From contig JAUCBJ010007402.1 of the NCBI GenBank assembly GCA_032718475.1, positions 30,426 through 94,425 on the forward strand: 64,000 bases of DNA. The letters run 5' to 3'. Positions 43,380 through 54,665 of the stretch are shown here, one piece after another; position 1 is the first letter of the stretch; every line of letters begins with the position of its first letter. A program made the position numbers and the translations under genes. The DNA is from Nemertoderma westbladi (Eukaryota; Animalia; Xenacoelomorpha). The notes beneath the pieces are model-generated. The model made no database searches. It had not been told where the DNA came from and saw only the letters and a program-made list of their open reading frames with translations.

Positions 43380-45632
43380 TGTAAGGGTCCAGTAGTATAC
43401 CGCTTACCAGATCCTAGTAACGATGTATCTTACTATGAGACTCTAGTAATGTATACGGGCTTGTACAGTATCTGACAACAAATCCCAGTCCAGGATATCT
43501 AAACAAACAGATATAGTACACAAACGACTACTGGCGAGGAACAGAGCCTTGTATCTATTCTATGTACGTGAGCGGGTCGAATGCCTACGTACTAGACAGA
43601 AGGATACCTGTCCTCTAACCGGTGAGGCAGATGTACAGTTACAGTAACAGACCAAACTCACGGGAAAACAATCCCCGCGCAGCGAATCCTAACTATCACT
43701 GACAGTCCTAAATACAGTAACTTGCCGCGGTGTGATTTATATGGGTTTATATACGAGCTAGTGGGTTAACAGACCTAGCGTAACAACACTGACAGTCCTA
43801 AATCAGTCGAAAAGGGGTCGTACCTAAATGTAACAATAACTGATCCCCCTGTACGAAATCAGTCTAAAGGGTCAGGCCTAAATGTAACAATACCGTTGTC
43901 CAGACAAACAACAGTTTAATAACGAAAGTGAAATACTCCTTATCTTGCCGCAACTAAATCAGATCCTAATTTTACAAATACAGATAATTTCCACCTAACG
44001 TAATGTATAGTACGCTATAGCTAGTAGAACTTTAAGGGCAATATGTTTTAGGGCGTGTGTGTGTGGGTGTGTTACAAATAAAACAATTTCGTGTAATTCC
44101 TTTTTACTAGGTTTTAGTGATTTTCTGACTAAATGATACCGTGCGCTAGCTACTAAAATAAACTAGTCGCGTTTGTAGAACTTTATACTCACGAATGACG
44201 TCAAAGCTCTCTCCTTCCTATCCACAACCCAATGGGCAACCACAGTGTTAGTAACTACACCCGTGATCGGCACTAATACCAGATTCTGGTTGTAAGATAA
44301 GAATAGGGGTTAATCGCTACCGTATGTTAGCTGATCTGGTATACTAATTTAATTCTAGAACTTTGTTGCTGCGGTAGTTAGCAGCAATACCTATCAGTAC
44401 GTGGCAAGGCGCGGTAGGATATTAATAAACCTCCCTAGGCCAAGCAGTGTGCCGGTAGCAGAAATACTCCTTGCCTGATCAAATAGCTAACTCCAGACAG
44501 GGAGGGGGGGGGGTACTAATGTACGTTCTACAAAGCGAACCGGTACCAAACAGTCAGTGCTACGAATCACTAAATTATGGAACGTATGCTGTCCGTACCT
44601 AATGTGTACTCGCGTACTGACGAATGGCAATAGTTCGCACCTGTAGGAAGTACAGGTTAACCCAGGGATTCGTAGGACTGACAAAGGGGGGGTGTCTGGA
44701 TATAATTATTTGATCCTAAATTTGCGGCGTCCAGTGCGGTGTCACGCTTACCCTGATCTATAGGTCTTACGGCGGGCAAGGGCGTCGAACAAAGTCTTAC
44801 CTTTCTCACAAAGCGGGCGCTGCATAGCAAGTCGAGCATTTCGAAGGGGCAAAGGGGGTGCGCGGTCAATCCAATGTGGGCGCTAGCGTGTTGTGGACAT
44901 CCCTTCCCTGCGTTGCTTACGGCCTAACGATCTAGGCTGCCATCTCCCTGGTGTTCGGCTGTCCCGAAGTCGGACCAAAAGAAAACATGTCAGGAAAGTG
45001 CAGTATATTTACAGTTTTACAAAAGGATTTATCAAATAAAGTTTCAACAAGAAACCGAAATAAAATCAACAATTCTAAGAAGTAGATAATGACATAAGAG
45101 TGTGTGATAACCGAAGGCAAACCGGCCTTTTATACTAGAAATTGCACATGGAAACTAAACAGAATTTTCCACAGCTTCACATTTGAGCATTAAAGTGCTT
45201 CGTGCCCTATGATTGGCCCAGCTCATCGTTCAACGCAGTCCGGCCCTTACACTAATCTGGGACATGGAATCCTAACAGAATTTTCCACTGCCTCACATTT
45301 GAGCAATAAGATAATTTATGCCCTATGATTGGCCTGGCTCATCATTCACTACGCTGTACGCTTCTCATTGGCCTACCAATTAGCACCACACGAAAATAAA
45401 TGGCCCCAAAATACAAATTTCCCGACTGGGATTCGAACTCGTAACCTACGTAATGTAACCAACGCCTTAACCATCTGACCACTACGCCACGAGAGTACCT
45501 AAAGGTTTTATGTGTACAAATATGAATAGGCATATTACATTACTGTAACTTAATCAAAATACGTCGGATTTTCAAAAGTTTTTACGTTAAAGTTAAACTA
45601 CAAATGCTACCTTATAGTGAAATAATTCATCA
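43380..45632 (-). repeat. BEL-3 5' LTR
   Basis: Direct repeat of 28395-30651. Confidence 0.97.
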
Positions 45633-45909
45633 ACGTCATCAATAACGTCATTTAGAAACCAATATATAAAACTAATCATTGGTAAATCTAAAATTAAGTA
45701 TAAATAAATAAAGTAAAAATAAATACAATTAAATAAATTAAAATTAATTACAAACAAATAGGAATTGCAATTACAGTTTAATTAATAAAAAGTGATACAA
45801 ATATTGGAGGGAAATTCAAAACGTATTTGCATGTGATTAATATTTGTTGTTGCCTAACTTAAATGGCCTACATACTTGCTACTTCAGTACTTGCTGCTGT
45901 ACTACTGTT

Positions 45910-48900
45910 CTAATCCGCCATGGAGGGGAGACCAGCACCGTCCTCTAGCCCCAGGCCACTGCGCCACCGCATGCGGGATCCACGCAGACAGTGGGATGTG
46001 CCACGGACGATGGCGAATAATATTCGCGTCCGGACCCATCCCATGACTGTCGCGTAGGGTTTCCCCCAGGATGCATGGAGTCGGGTGGCTATGACTCTGA
46101 GCAGTCTATTGGCCTGCGGTGCCAACACTCCGTCGCACGAAGCCACGAAGGGAGAGAAATCGCCGCGACGAGCTGCTACAGCAGCCGCGTATAGCCGCTT
46201 CTTCTCGTCCTCCGCCGCCTCGAGAATGGTCATAGGAGCGCGGTTAGCGTACGACTCGGCGTCAAGGTTGGTTGACCTGATATCGATCAACGCCTGAGTC
46301 TGCACGTTAAACGCACCCCTAATACCTACGTCGCACCGCAGTCCTGTCCCGTCACCTTCCTCCAACTGCTCCCTTACTACTGGCTCCAGCATTACATTGC
46401 GCGGCCCAAACGCCAACGCCGCGAGGTCGCCCACAGTGTCTCTCAGCTCATTGTGGCGCTGAATGACGAGGCCGCCCTTCTTACAGTTCAACCCATGGTT
46501 CAGGTCGAAGGCAGCCCCGCATCCGTCGCACCGGCTGTGTACTCCAAGGAGGGGACTTCCATATCGCACGGCGATCGCGTCACGAAACTCACGTGGGGAT
46601 AGATCGTACTGGAGGTCCGCCCGGGGAATCGACGAGATCCAGCTACCGGTTTTGTACTCCGCCGCTCGGCGGATAGTGCGGCAGCGCCGTTCGGTCATCG
46701 CCCCCAGTGCCTCCTCAAACTCTGAGATCTCGGTCAGTTTCCGGTCGTCTCGGTCGACCTTCCTCGCCTTCGCCAAGCAGTCCCGGTGGGCTGTGAGGTC
46801 GAATTCCTCGGTGCCGGCCATCGCGCCACTCAGGAACCGGGTCCCGTGCAAGGATACGAGGTACGACGGTTTTGCCTCGGCTACCGGATTTCGAAGTCCT
46901 AGACCTCCTCGTTGTGGGGACAAACTAAACAGTTTTCGTTCTGCCGGAGTTATGGTTCCTCCGATCACTGCAGGAAGGAATCTTTGGGCGATGGCTGTCT
47001 CTAGAACGGCGTACTCCGCTTCGCAGTCGACGGTGACCCTCTGGAGATACGCCCACTCACGCTGCAATGAGCAGACCATGGCGGAGAAGGCCGCCTGTGG
47101 TTGGGATTCAGCCATCGTCGCCAGTGCATCCGTCGCCTCTACCCACGCAGCCACCTTCGCCCGCACATACTGGCGTCGTTCTCCCGAACTCCCGAGAAAC
47201 CCCCCGAGAAACCGGTGTCCCGTTACAATCTTTATCTGGTGGCCACTGAAGACTCTGTGAGCCTCGTCCTCGTACTCGGGGTCGACTACGAGGTAGCATT
47301 TGGACGTCTCGGGGAAGTAACCAAAAGCTGGGCCGAGTTTGAGCAGCTTCTCAAACCACCGCAGTAAGTCTGGGAGTTCACCCGCCCCGCCAGAATCGTC
47401 GGCGTACCAACTCTCCCGGACTGTAGGGGACCGTAAACTCCGGATCAACGGGAGGGCTCCGATGGCGTACATCAGCATTGCGAGGGGGTCGCCCTGGGTA
47501 ACGCCCTCCGCGCTGAATATAATTGCATCAGTCCCCTTCATGACAAGGATACTGTGGCCCCGATAACTGTTAAACAGGAATGTAGAGCATCGAGGCCACA
47601 GGCAGCGCGCGTTCCACAACGCAGCTACCCGGTTGAGCGAGTTGAACGCGTTGGCCGCGTCCACCAGTAGCACCCCCCAACCCGAGTCACTGTTATCCTC
47701 GAACAGCGACGACATCGAGTGTATCGCAGCCTCGACTCCTGCGGAGGTCCCCGCCGACAGCTGTTCGGCGCCACACGTGATGGTGACGTCATCCCCTGTA
47801 ATCGCGGCCATTGCGCGGGCCATTATACGCCGGAGACACTCCCCGATTCCGATGGGCCGCACACCCGGACACTTATCCAGCGCGATCAGTCGGCCAGACA
47901 TAAGTGCCCGGACAGACTCCCACGGTACAACTACATTCGCTAGAGTCCGGGTGATTGCAGCAACTGTGTCTCGGAGGCGCTCACTATGGGCGCCATAGCG
48001 GAGCAGATAATCCCGCCAGCGTGTTGAGTCGCAACCCGCGGGACCGCCGCCACCGTGCAGGCGCCGGGCCACCTCCTCGATGTGCGCCGCCGTCACGTCG
48101 ACGTCGACCTTGAGAGGCGGTTCGCCGCACTGTATTAATGATTCTCTATTGGGAGGCGCTGCAGCCGGGTGTTTATTCCAAAGAACATCGAGTACTTTGA
48201 CTCTTTGTTGACCAACTTCGATATTTGACTCTGGGTCCAACACGCCTCCGGACTCCCGACCGGTCACCCAGCGGACTGCGTTTCTTACCTTCCCCTCCAA
48301 CATTAGTCTCGTAAACACACGGACTGTGTGTTCTTTATCCGAATTGGTGGGTTGGGTTCCTGCACGCCTTCCTGTAGTGCGCCCAGTGGAGCCTCGCTCA
48401 GCCTCTTGTAAGAGGGCTTCGATCTCGCCGGAGCCCCACAACGCCACCCTGCGGCTGATTAGGCGGCGGATATCGGCCGCCTTAACGATCTTTGGATCTC
48501 GATGTGTGATCAACGCGTCGACCAGCATTAAACGTTCGGAACGAGCTGATGATTCACCACGACCAAGTCCAGCTACTAAAGCCTTAGCCTCATTGTCGAG
48601 CAAGGATACCATGTCCCTACCAACAGAGCCACCCGGGAGTCTGTAGCGAGAACCCTGGAGCTGGGTGACTCTACGCCACTGGTGTAATATTAGGTCCGGT
48701 GGGTCTCCCTTCTCCCGCAGCGGTGCGCCAAAGGCTCTCTCCATTAGACCGTCGGTGTCCATGCTGTGTAGCAGACCTGATGGGTGGCCCGCTTGCCAGT
48801 ACTCGTCAAGAATGTCGCTAACATTGGCCCTATTTCTGTTTGGCAGAAGCGTTGAACCAACACCTGACACTTTTGGGCGACTTTGTGTTGTTTTTGGCCT

Positions 48901-51882
48901 AGTGGGCTGCTCCCCAGACGCGGTGGCAATGATGGGTGGCTTCCCAGAGACGGTGGCGCTGATTGGTGGCGTCCCGGAGACGGTGGCAATGATGGGTGGC
49001 GTCCCAGATACGTTGGCGATGATTGGTGGCGACCCCAAGACGGTGGCGGCGGTGGGTGGCGCCCCCAGGATGGTAGCGTTGGTGTGTGGCATCACAGAGA
49101 CGGTGGCGCTGGTGGGTGGCGGCCCCAAGACGGTGGTGATGGTGGGTGGCGTCACGGAGACGGCGGCGCTGGTGGGTGGCGTCCTGGAGACGGTGGCAAT
49201 GGTGGGTGGCGTCCCGGAGATGGTGGCGATGGTGGGTGGCATCCCGGAGATGTAACATCCCTGTAACTGATTAGGAATATCCCTGTCTGATGGCTCCACT
49301 GTCTCGCCAGATAATTGGCTTCCCAAATGGGTTGGGGGACCAGTTGTCATTCCTGGAGGATGATCTGACCCTGGGCAAAGTTGGGAGACTGGTCCGTGAA
49401 TGCGTAGAGTACCATTTGCTTTGATGGCCACTAACCGCGCGCACGATGGGCAATGGGTACTGAGGGCGCTGGTGCGTACCGTTGGACCGACACCGATACT
49501 GGTGGGAGCTGACAAACCGATGTCCAGACTAGAAGGGGCGGAACAACCGACACCCAAAGGGTTGGGGATGGAATGATCGACACCCAGGCTGGTAGGGGCG
49601 GAATGACCGACACCTGGACTGATAGGGACGGAAAGACCGACACCTGGACTGGTAGGGGCGGAATGACCGACATACTGACTGACACCCGGACTGGTAGGGA
49701 CGGAGTGACCAACACCTGGGCTGGTTCGGACGGAATAACCGGCATCCGGACTGGTAGGGGCAGAAAGACCGACAACCGGACTGATAGGGATGACTGGGGC
49801 CGACTGAGCAAGACCTGGACTGGTAGGGACGGCATAACCGACACCCTGACTGGTAGGGACGGAATAACCGACACCCGGACTGGTAGGGTCAGAAAGACCG
49901 ACAACCGGACTGATAGGGACGACTGGGACTGACTGACCAACACCTGGACTGGTAGGGACGGAATAACCGACACCCGGACTGGTAGGGGCAGACTGACCGA
50001 ACGACTGACTTATACCCGGACTGGTTGGGACTGAATAACCGACACCCGGACTGGTAGGGGCAGAAAGACCAACTACCTGACTGATAGGAACCGACTGACC
50101 GACACCTGGGCTGGTTGGGACGGAATAACCGACACCCGGACTGGTAGGGGTGGTAGGGGCAGAATGACCGACACCCGGACTGGTAGGGGCAGAATGACCG
50201 ACACCCGGCCTGGCAGGGGCAGAATGACCGACACCCGGACTGGTAGGGGCAGAATGACCGACTCCTGGACTGGTAGGGGCAGAATGACCGACAACCTGAC
50301 TGATAGGAACCGACTGACCGACACCTGGGCTGGTTGGGACGGAATAACCGACACCCGGAGTGGTAGGGGCAGAATAACCGACACCCGGACTGGTTTGGGC
50401 AGAATGACCGACACCCGGACTGGTAGGGACGGGATAATCGACACCCGGACTGGTAGCGACAGGATACTCGACACCCGGACTGGTCTGGACGGAATGACCG
50501 ACACCCGGACTGATGGGGACCGACTGACCAACACCTGGACTGGTTGGGACGGAATAACCGACACTTGGACTGGTAGGGGCAGAAAGACCAACAACCTGAC
50601 TGATAGGGACCGACTGACCGACACCTGGACTGGTTGGAACGGAATAACCGACACCTGGACTGGTAGGGGCAGAAAGACCGACACCCGGACTGGTAGGGAC
50701 GGGATAATCGACACCCGGACTGGTAACGACAGGATAATCGACTCCCGGACTGGTCGGGACGGAATGACCGACACCCGGACTGATGGGGACCGACTGGCCA
50801 ACACGTGGACTGGTTGGGACGGAATAACCGACACTTGGACTGGTAGGGGCAGAAAGACCAACAACCTGACTGATAGGGACCGACTGACCGACACCTGGAC
50901 TGGTTGGAACGGAATAACCGACACCTGGACTGGTAGGGGCAGAAAGACCGACACCCGGACTGGTAGGGACGGGATAATCGACACCCGGACTGGTAACGAC
51001 AGGATAATCGACTCCCGGACTGGTCGGGACGGAATGACCGACACCCGGACTGATGGGGACCGACTGGCCAACACGTGGACTGGTTGGGACGGAATAACCG
51101 ACACTTGGACTGGTAGGGGCAGAAAGACCAACAACCTGACTGATAGGGACCGACTGACCGACACCTGGACTGGTTGGAACGGAATAACCGACACCTGGAC
51201 TGGTAGGGGCAGAAAGACCGACACCTGTACTGGTAGGGGCAGAATGACCGACACCCGGACTGGCAGGGGCAGAATGACCGACGCCCGGACTGGTAGGGGC
51301 AGAATGACCGACTCCTGGACTGGTAGGGGCAGAAAGACCGACACCCGGACTGGTAGGGGCAGAATGACCGACACCCGGTCTGGTTGGGGCGGGATAATCA
51401 ACATCCGTACTGGTTGGGACGGAATAACCGACACCTGGAACTGGGGGACCCGACTGGTAAGACACCGACAGTGGGGGACCCGATGAGGGGGCCGGGGATC
51501 CAGCGCCCATTTGCGGGGTTAATGTGCAGTCCGGATCGAATTCTCCTGGGGTTAGAGTCTGGTCCATCAGGTCGTCGAGCTCCTCCAGGGTTGAGTTTAT
51601 AACTTCCGGTGTTACATAGCCGTTATGCGCAAGGTCCGCTGTGGCTTGACGCTTTTTCCATCTGGGCGAGTTGGATACCAGATAGTCGAGAACCCCGTGG
51701 CCCGCGTAACCGCTGTACCTCGGGGGCATTGCGAGACTATCTGGATCGGGTGAGCTCGGTCCGTTCGCGCACGAGTTCTGCTCCAGAGGTTTGCAGGAGG
51801 AACAGGGAACTCCCGCACAACCACACTTGCACCCTCGGCAAGAGCCGTTGCGACACTTGCAGCAGCGCTGGGATGGCGCCAT
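45910..51882 (-). CDS. Cys-rich N-terminus, Ser/Pro/Thr repeats, C2HC finger, reverse transcriptase, CCHC, restriction-like endonuclease
   Basis: ALDKCPGVRPIGIGE, DAANAFN, GVTQGDPL, WYADD, FLGG; CDGC..H..CKKGG..RHNELRD; RCD..LIDI..EDEKKRLY..FSPF. Confidence 0.95.
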   Translation of the reverse strand: MAPSQRCCKCRNGSCRGCKCGCAGVPCSSCKPLEQNSCANGPSSPDPDSLAMPPRYSGYAGHGVLDYLVSNSPRWKKRQATADLAHNGYVTPEVINSTLEELDDLMDQTLTPGEFDPDCTLTPQMGAGSPAPSSGPPLSVSYQSGPPVPGVGYSVPTSTDVDYPAPTRPGVGHSAPTSPGVGLSAPTSPGVGHSAPTSPGVGHSAPASPGVGHSAPTSTGVGLSAPTSPGVGYSVPTSPGVGQSVPISQVVGLSAPTSPSVGYSVPTSPRVGQSVPISPGVGHSVPTSPGVDYPVVTSPGVDYPVPTSPGVGLSAPTSPGVGYSVPTSPGVGQSVPISQVVGLSAPTSPSVGYSVPTSPRVGQSVPISPGVGHSVPTSPGVDYPVVTSPGVDYPVPTSPGVGLSAPTSPGVGYSVPTSPGVGQSVPISQVVGLSAPTSPSVGYSVPTSPGVGQSVPISPGVGHSVQTSPGVEYPVATSPGVDYPVPTSPGVGHSAQTSPGVGYSAPTTPGVGYSVPTSPGVGQSVPISQVVGHSAPTSPGVGHSAPTSPGVGHSAPARPGVGHSAPTSPGVGHSAPTTPTSPGVGYSVPTSPGVGQSVPISQVVGLSAPTSPGVGYSVPTSPGISQSFGQSAPTSPGVGYSVPTSPGVGQSVPVVPISPVVGLSDPTSPGVGYSVPTSQGVGYAVPTSPGLAQSAPVIPISPVVGLSAPTSPDAGYSVRTSPGVGHSVPTSPGVSQYVGHSAPTSPGVGLSVPISPGVGHSAPTSLGVDHSIPNPLGVGCSAPSSLDIGLSAPTSIGVGPTVRTSALSTHCPSCARLVAIKANGTLRIHGPVSQLCPGSDHPPGMTTGPPTHLGSQLSGETVEPSDRDIPNQLQGCYISGMPPTIATISGTPPTIATVSRTPPTSAAVSVTPPTITTVLGPPPTSATVSVMPHTNATILGAPPTAATVLGSPPIIANVSGTPPIIATVSGTPPISATVSGKPPIIATASGEQPTRPKTTQSRPKVSGVGSTLLPNRNRANVSDILDEYWQAGHPSGLLHSMDTDGLMERAFGAPLREKGDPPDLILHQWRRVTQLQGSRYRLPGGSVGRDMVSLLDNEAKALVAGLGRGESSARSERLMLVDALITHRDPKIVKAADIRRLISRRVALWGSGEIEALLQEAERGSTGRTTGRRAGTQPTNSDKEHTVRVFTRLMLEGKVRNAVRWVTGRESGGVLDPESNIEVGQQRVKVLDVLWNKHPAAAPPNRESLIQCGEPPLKVDVDVTAAHIEEVARRLHGGGGPAGCDSTRWRDYLLRYGAHSERLRDTVAAITRTLANVVVPWESVRALMSGRLIALDKCPGVRPIGIGECLRRIMARAMAAITGDDVTITCGAEQLSAGTSAGVEAAIHSMSSLFEDNSDSGWGVLLVDAANAFNSLNRVAALWNARCLWPRCSTFLFNSYRGHSILVMKGTDAIIFSAEGVTQGDPLAMLMYAIGALPLIRSLRSPTVRESWYADDSGGAGELPDLLRWFEKLLKLGPAFGYFPETSKCYLVVDPEYEDEAHRVFSGHQIKIVTGHRFLGGFLGSSGERRQYVRAKVAAWVEATDALATMAESQPQAAFSAMVCSLQREWAYLQRVTVDCEAEYAVLETAIAQRFLPAVIGGTITPAERKLFSLSPQRGGLGLRNPVAEAKPSYLVSLHGTRFLSGAMAGTEEFDLTAHRDCLAKARKVDRDDRKLTEISEFEEALGAMTERRCRTIRRAAEYKTGSWISSIPRADLQYDLSPREFRDAIAVRYGSPLLGVHSRCDGCGAAFDLNHGLNCKKGGLVIQRHNELRDTVGDLAALAFGPRNVMLEPVVREQLEEGDGTGLRCDVGIRGAFNVQTQALIDIRSTNLDAESYANRAPMTILEAAEDEKKRLYAAAVAARRGDFSPFVASCDGVLAPQANRLLRVIATRLHASWGKPYATVMGWVRTRILFAIVRGTSHCLRGSRMRWRSGLGLEDGAGLPSMAD
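48905..49252 (-). repeat. 30-bp coding tandem repeat (TPPTIATVSG), about 11-12 units
   Basis: GGTGGGTGGCGTCCCGGAGACGGTGGCAAT-like units. Confidence 0.95.
49485..51455 (-). repeat. 30-bp coding tandem repeat (PTSPGVGHSA), about 64 units, with 270-bp higher-order repeat
   Basis: AGAATGACCGACACCCGGACTGGTAGGGGC units; variant pattern recurs at 50521, 50791 and 51061. Confidence 0.97.
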
Positions 51883-52424
51883 GTAGGGGAATCCGCTCGA
51901 AAATTCGGCGATAGATCGTTCACGTTGCGATGTAGCAGCCTATCAGTATGTTGCACCGTGGTGACGTCAGCCGTGACGTCAACAGTCAGTACATACAATT
52001 ACAAACAAATTAATTAAAATTAAATATAAATAAATAAGTATTAATAAATAAAACGGGAAGCCTTGATATATATAGCAAAGGGATCAAAGGGATGCCAGCT
52101 ATAGTATCCTCAGAGGAGGGCCGTTGGAACATTAGCTTCGGGTTATATACGGATTTGATGTAGTCAAGGCCGCGCTGGGATTATTAGTTAGTCATCAAAA
52201 AGGGGTCGCTATCAGGGGGACCGCTGATTTCTTTGCCTTGGGGGTCCAACCATTTAGTCAATGATTGGGTTTTTAGTTTGTTGATAAGATTAACATTATT
52301 GAATATTTTTCTAAATTCCAAACAATTCATTATTGTGAATTAAATTAAAGTAAATTTTCTTCGGCAGTTAACCCGGGGATGAAGAGCCGCCTGAACAACC
52401 GTCTGGACGATCAGAGACGTCGAA

Positions 52425-53135
52425 TGTGGCGTACTGCGAGGTGACACATTAGCACCATTACTATTTGTAATTGTACTGGATTACGCAATGAGGACGGCCA
52501 CATAGGGTGAAAGTCTGGGATTCACACTTCAAGAACGCTGAAGTAGTAGATATCCCGCAACTACAGTCACAGACACCGACTTTGCGGATGACATCGCCCT
52601 GCTCTCTAATACGCTAGCAGATGCACAGCTTCTACTAAATAAAGTGGAGAGGGCTGCTAAGGAGGTTGGATTGCATATAAATGCTACCAAGACCGAATTC
52701 ATGACTTTTAATGTTGATGGAAACTTGACTACCATTGATAATAATCAACTAAGGAAGGTCGACGACTTCCAGTACCTTGGATCATGGATAGAGAGTAGCA
52801 AAAAGGACATAGAAGTTAGGAAAGCAGAGGCTTGGGTAGCTCTATCAAAAATGGATACCATCTGGAAATCAGATCTCTCCAGGCACTTGAAGACTAAGTT
52901 CTTTCGAGCCACAGTTGAAAGTGTATTTTTATACGGGGGTGAGACCTGGACACTGACTAAATCACTTGAACAACGAATTGATGGTTGCTACACAAGACTA
53001 CTAAGGGCAGCCCTAAACATCAGCTGGAGACAACATATGACAAACGCCGAGCTTTATGGTACAATACCACCTGTATCAACCACCCTCCATGAACGGAGAT
53101 TAAGATTCAGTGGGCACTGCTGGCGAAGTAAACAC
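52425..53135 (+). pseudogene. RTE-clade non-LTR RT fragment
   Basis: GVLRGDTLAPLLF, DTDFADDIAL, INATKTE, FQYLGSWI, LYGGETWTL, RRLRFSGHCWR; in-frame stops near 52503 and 52538. Confidence 0.9.
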
Positions 53136-53197
53136 AAGAGCCGTCCAGTACTAATTTTGCTACAATTTAATGATGCGAAGCAGAGATGCGTCCTGGT

Positions 53198-53270
53198 CCC
53201 CATGCCGGGTTTGAACCCAGGACCTCTGCAGTGATGGGAATTCAATGTAACTTATTTAACTACAACGACA
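53198..53270 (-). repeat. tRNA-derived remnant
   Basis: B box GGTTCAAACC; shares TTGAATTC.CATC...GGTC.TGGGTTC with 19420-19480. Confidence 0.5.
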
Positions 53271-54215
53271 AAGGCCTGGGAATGGGTTTTTGCAGTTTGT
53301 TTCATATTTCGATCAAAACAATAATTCTTAATGAAATAGAAAGTAATGAAAATTGTTTTATCCTACAAATTCACCATTAAAATATAATTTCAAGCAAAAA
53401 AGAATTAAATTAAAAAATATAAATGTATTAAAAATTACAAATTACAAATTAAAAAGAATGACTATCTGTTAGTTTTAAATGGTATAATACTTCCTACTCT
53501 CTGATAGAAGCGGATACCGGAGGCGACCCTAAGGCTCCTCTTTCGATAGCTGCTTCCCGAAGGTTGGGGTGATTGCAGGTCAATACTGAATCTGGAAGAT
53601 TTGAAATATTTTTACCTCAGAATCTTATTTTTCGTTTTTATTTTTCACTCATGTATCCGTTTCTCTGGAACCAGTGGACCAAATTGCGTGAAATTTTCAG
53701 CATATGTTATTCTACTAGTCCTTATAGCAGGAACCACAATTTAGACATGTCGGTTAAAATTTGTGAAATTTACATATGCAGGTGAAAATATGTGTTTTCA
53801 ATTATTAAAAATGGCATTTTTCATTTTGAAAATTTCTGGTGGCTAAAATGACTTTCTTTATTTTTTTGGTTTCATGTTTGAGACACACGCTACCCATAAA
53901 AAAATCAAGCCATTCAGTTGAACCAATTCCTCAGAAAAGGTACATAAAGCTGAATATGCCCAATATATTGACATTCAGCTACAACTAGGATCGGCATGCT
54001 GCATTGCAGCTGCATTTTTAAGAATGCTGTGCCGGCTTATCGACAAAATTGCACCACCACAACTCAGTTGACATTCAGCTCGAGTATTGTCCCTGTGTTA
54101 TTCCCGGTGTTATTAAATAAATGGATTGGAGTTGAGCTGTTAATGCAACTGTAATTAATGATGTAGTATTATTTTTATTGTTTTGTTCAAGAAATGGGAA
54201 AAACGAGGAAGTACG

Positions 54216-54282
54216 TCACCGGGGGTTGAACCAGCGCCTTAGCTAAGGTTGATTTATGCAATCGGGCCCCGCTCTACAACAT
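54216..54282 (-). repeat. Possible tRNA-derived remnant
   Basis: B-box-like GGTTCAACCC on the minus strand. Confidence 0.3.
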
Positions 54283-54665
54283 CAAGTCAAGTAAATAAAG
54301 TTAAGTCATTGCAACTATAATTTATTAATTTATAATATTGTAAATATTAACAAACCATAAACCCATAACCATAACATATAAAGCCAACTGGTAACATATA
54401 GCAGTTGATTTTAATGAATCATATAGAACTGTAGACCAAGGTACAGTATCTCTTCTACAACTCATTGGGAATTCAAACTGCAAAATAAAAAAGTTAAAGT
54501 AAATAATTTTAAAGTATAAAATAAGTTAACATATTTATTCAAGAACTACAGTATTATTAATCCGGAACTTTTCACACATATATCATATCTTATTGTATAT
54601 TAATTAGTTTCCAACGCTACTCTATTGTAATTATTTAGTCATTTTATATAAAACTTACAGTTTTA

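Larger units (their letters stand above)
28395..45632 (-). mobile_element. BEL/Pao LTR retrotransposon (BEL-3), 17.2 kb, with 2.25-kb LTRs
   Basis: LTRs 28395-30651 and 43380-45632 (TG...CA), almost identical; 5-bp TSD ACGTC (28390-28394, 45633-45637); short PPT GGAGCGG; BEL pol motifs. Confidence 0.97.
45760..51996 (-). mobile_element. Full-length RLE-type non-LTR retrotransposon, CRE-like
   Basis: Single intact ORF; flanked by the 14-bp direct repeat AATTACAAACAAAT (45746-45759, 51997-52010), a probable TSD in low-complexity sequence. Confidence 0.85.

Noticed and set aside
49431-51486. Long alternative-frame and antisense ORFs (453, 440 and 180 aa)
   Set aside because: By-products of a stop-free 30-bp tandem repeat inside the real ORF.
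45898-51993. 12-bp inverted match TGTACTACTGTT / AACAGTCAGTACA flanking the CRE-like ORF as TIRs
   Set aside because: Short and gapped; the element is a non-LTR type already explained by a direct TSD.
53510-53575. GC-rich GGCGACCCTAAGGCTCCTCTTTCGATAGCT segment as a SINE core
   Set aside because: Single short copy in the window; only a vague resemblance that I cannot verify without a search.
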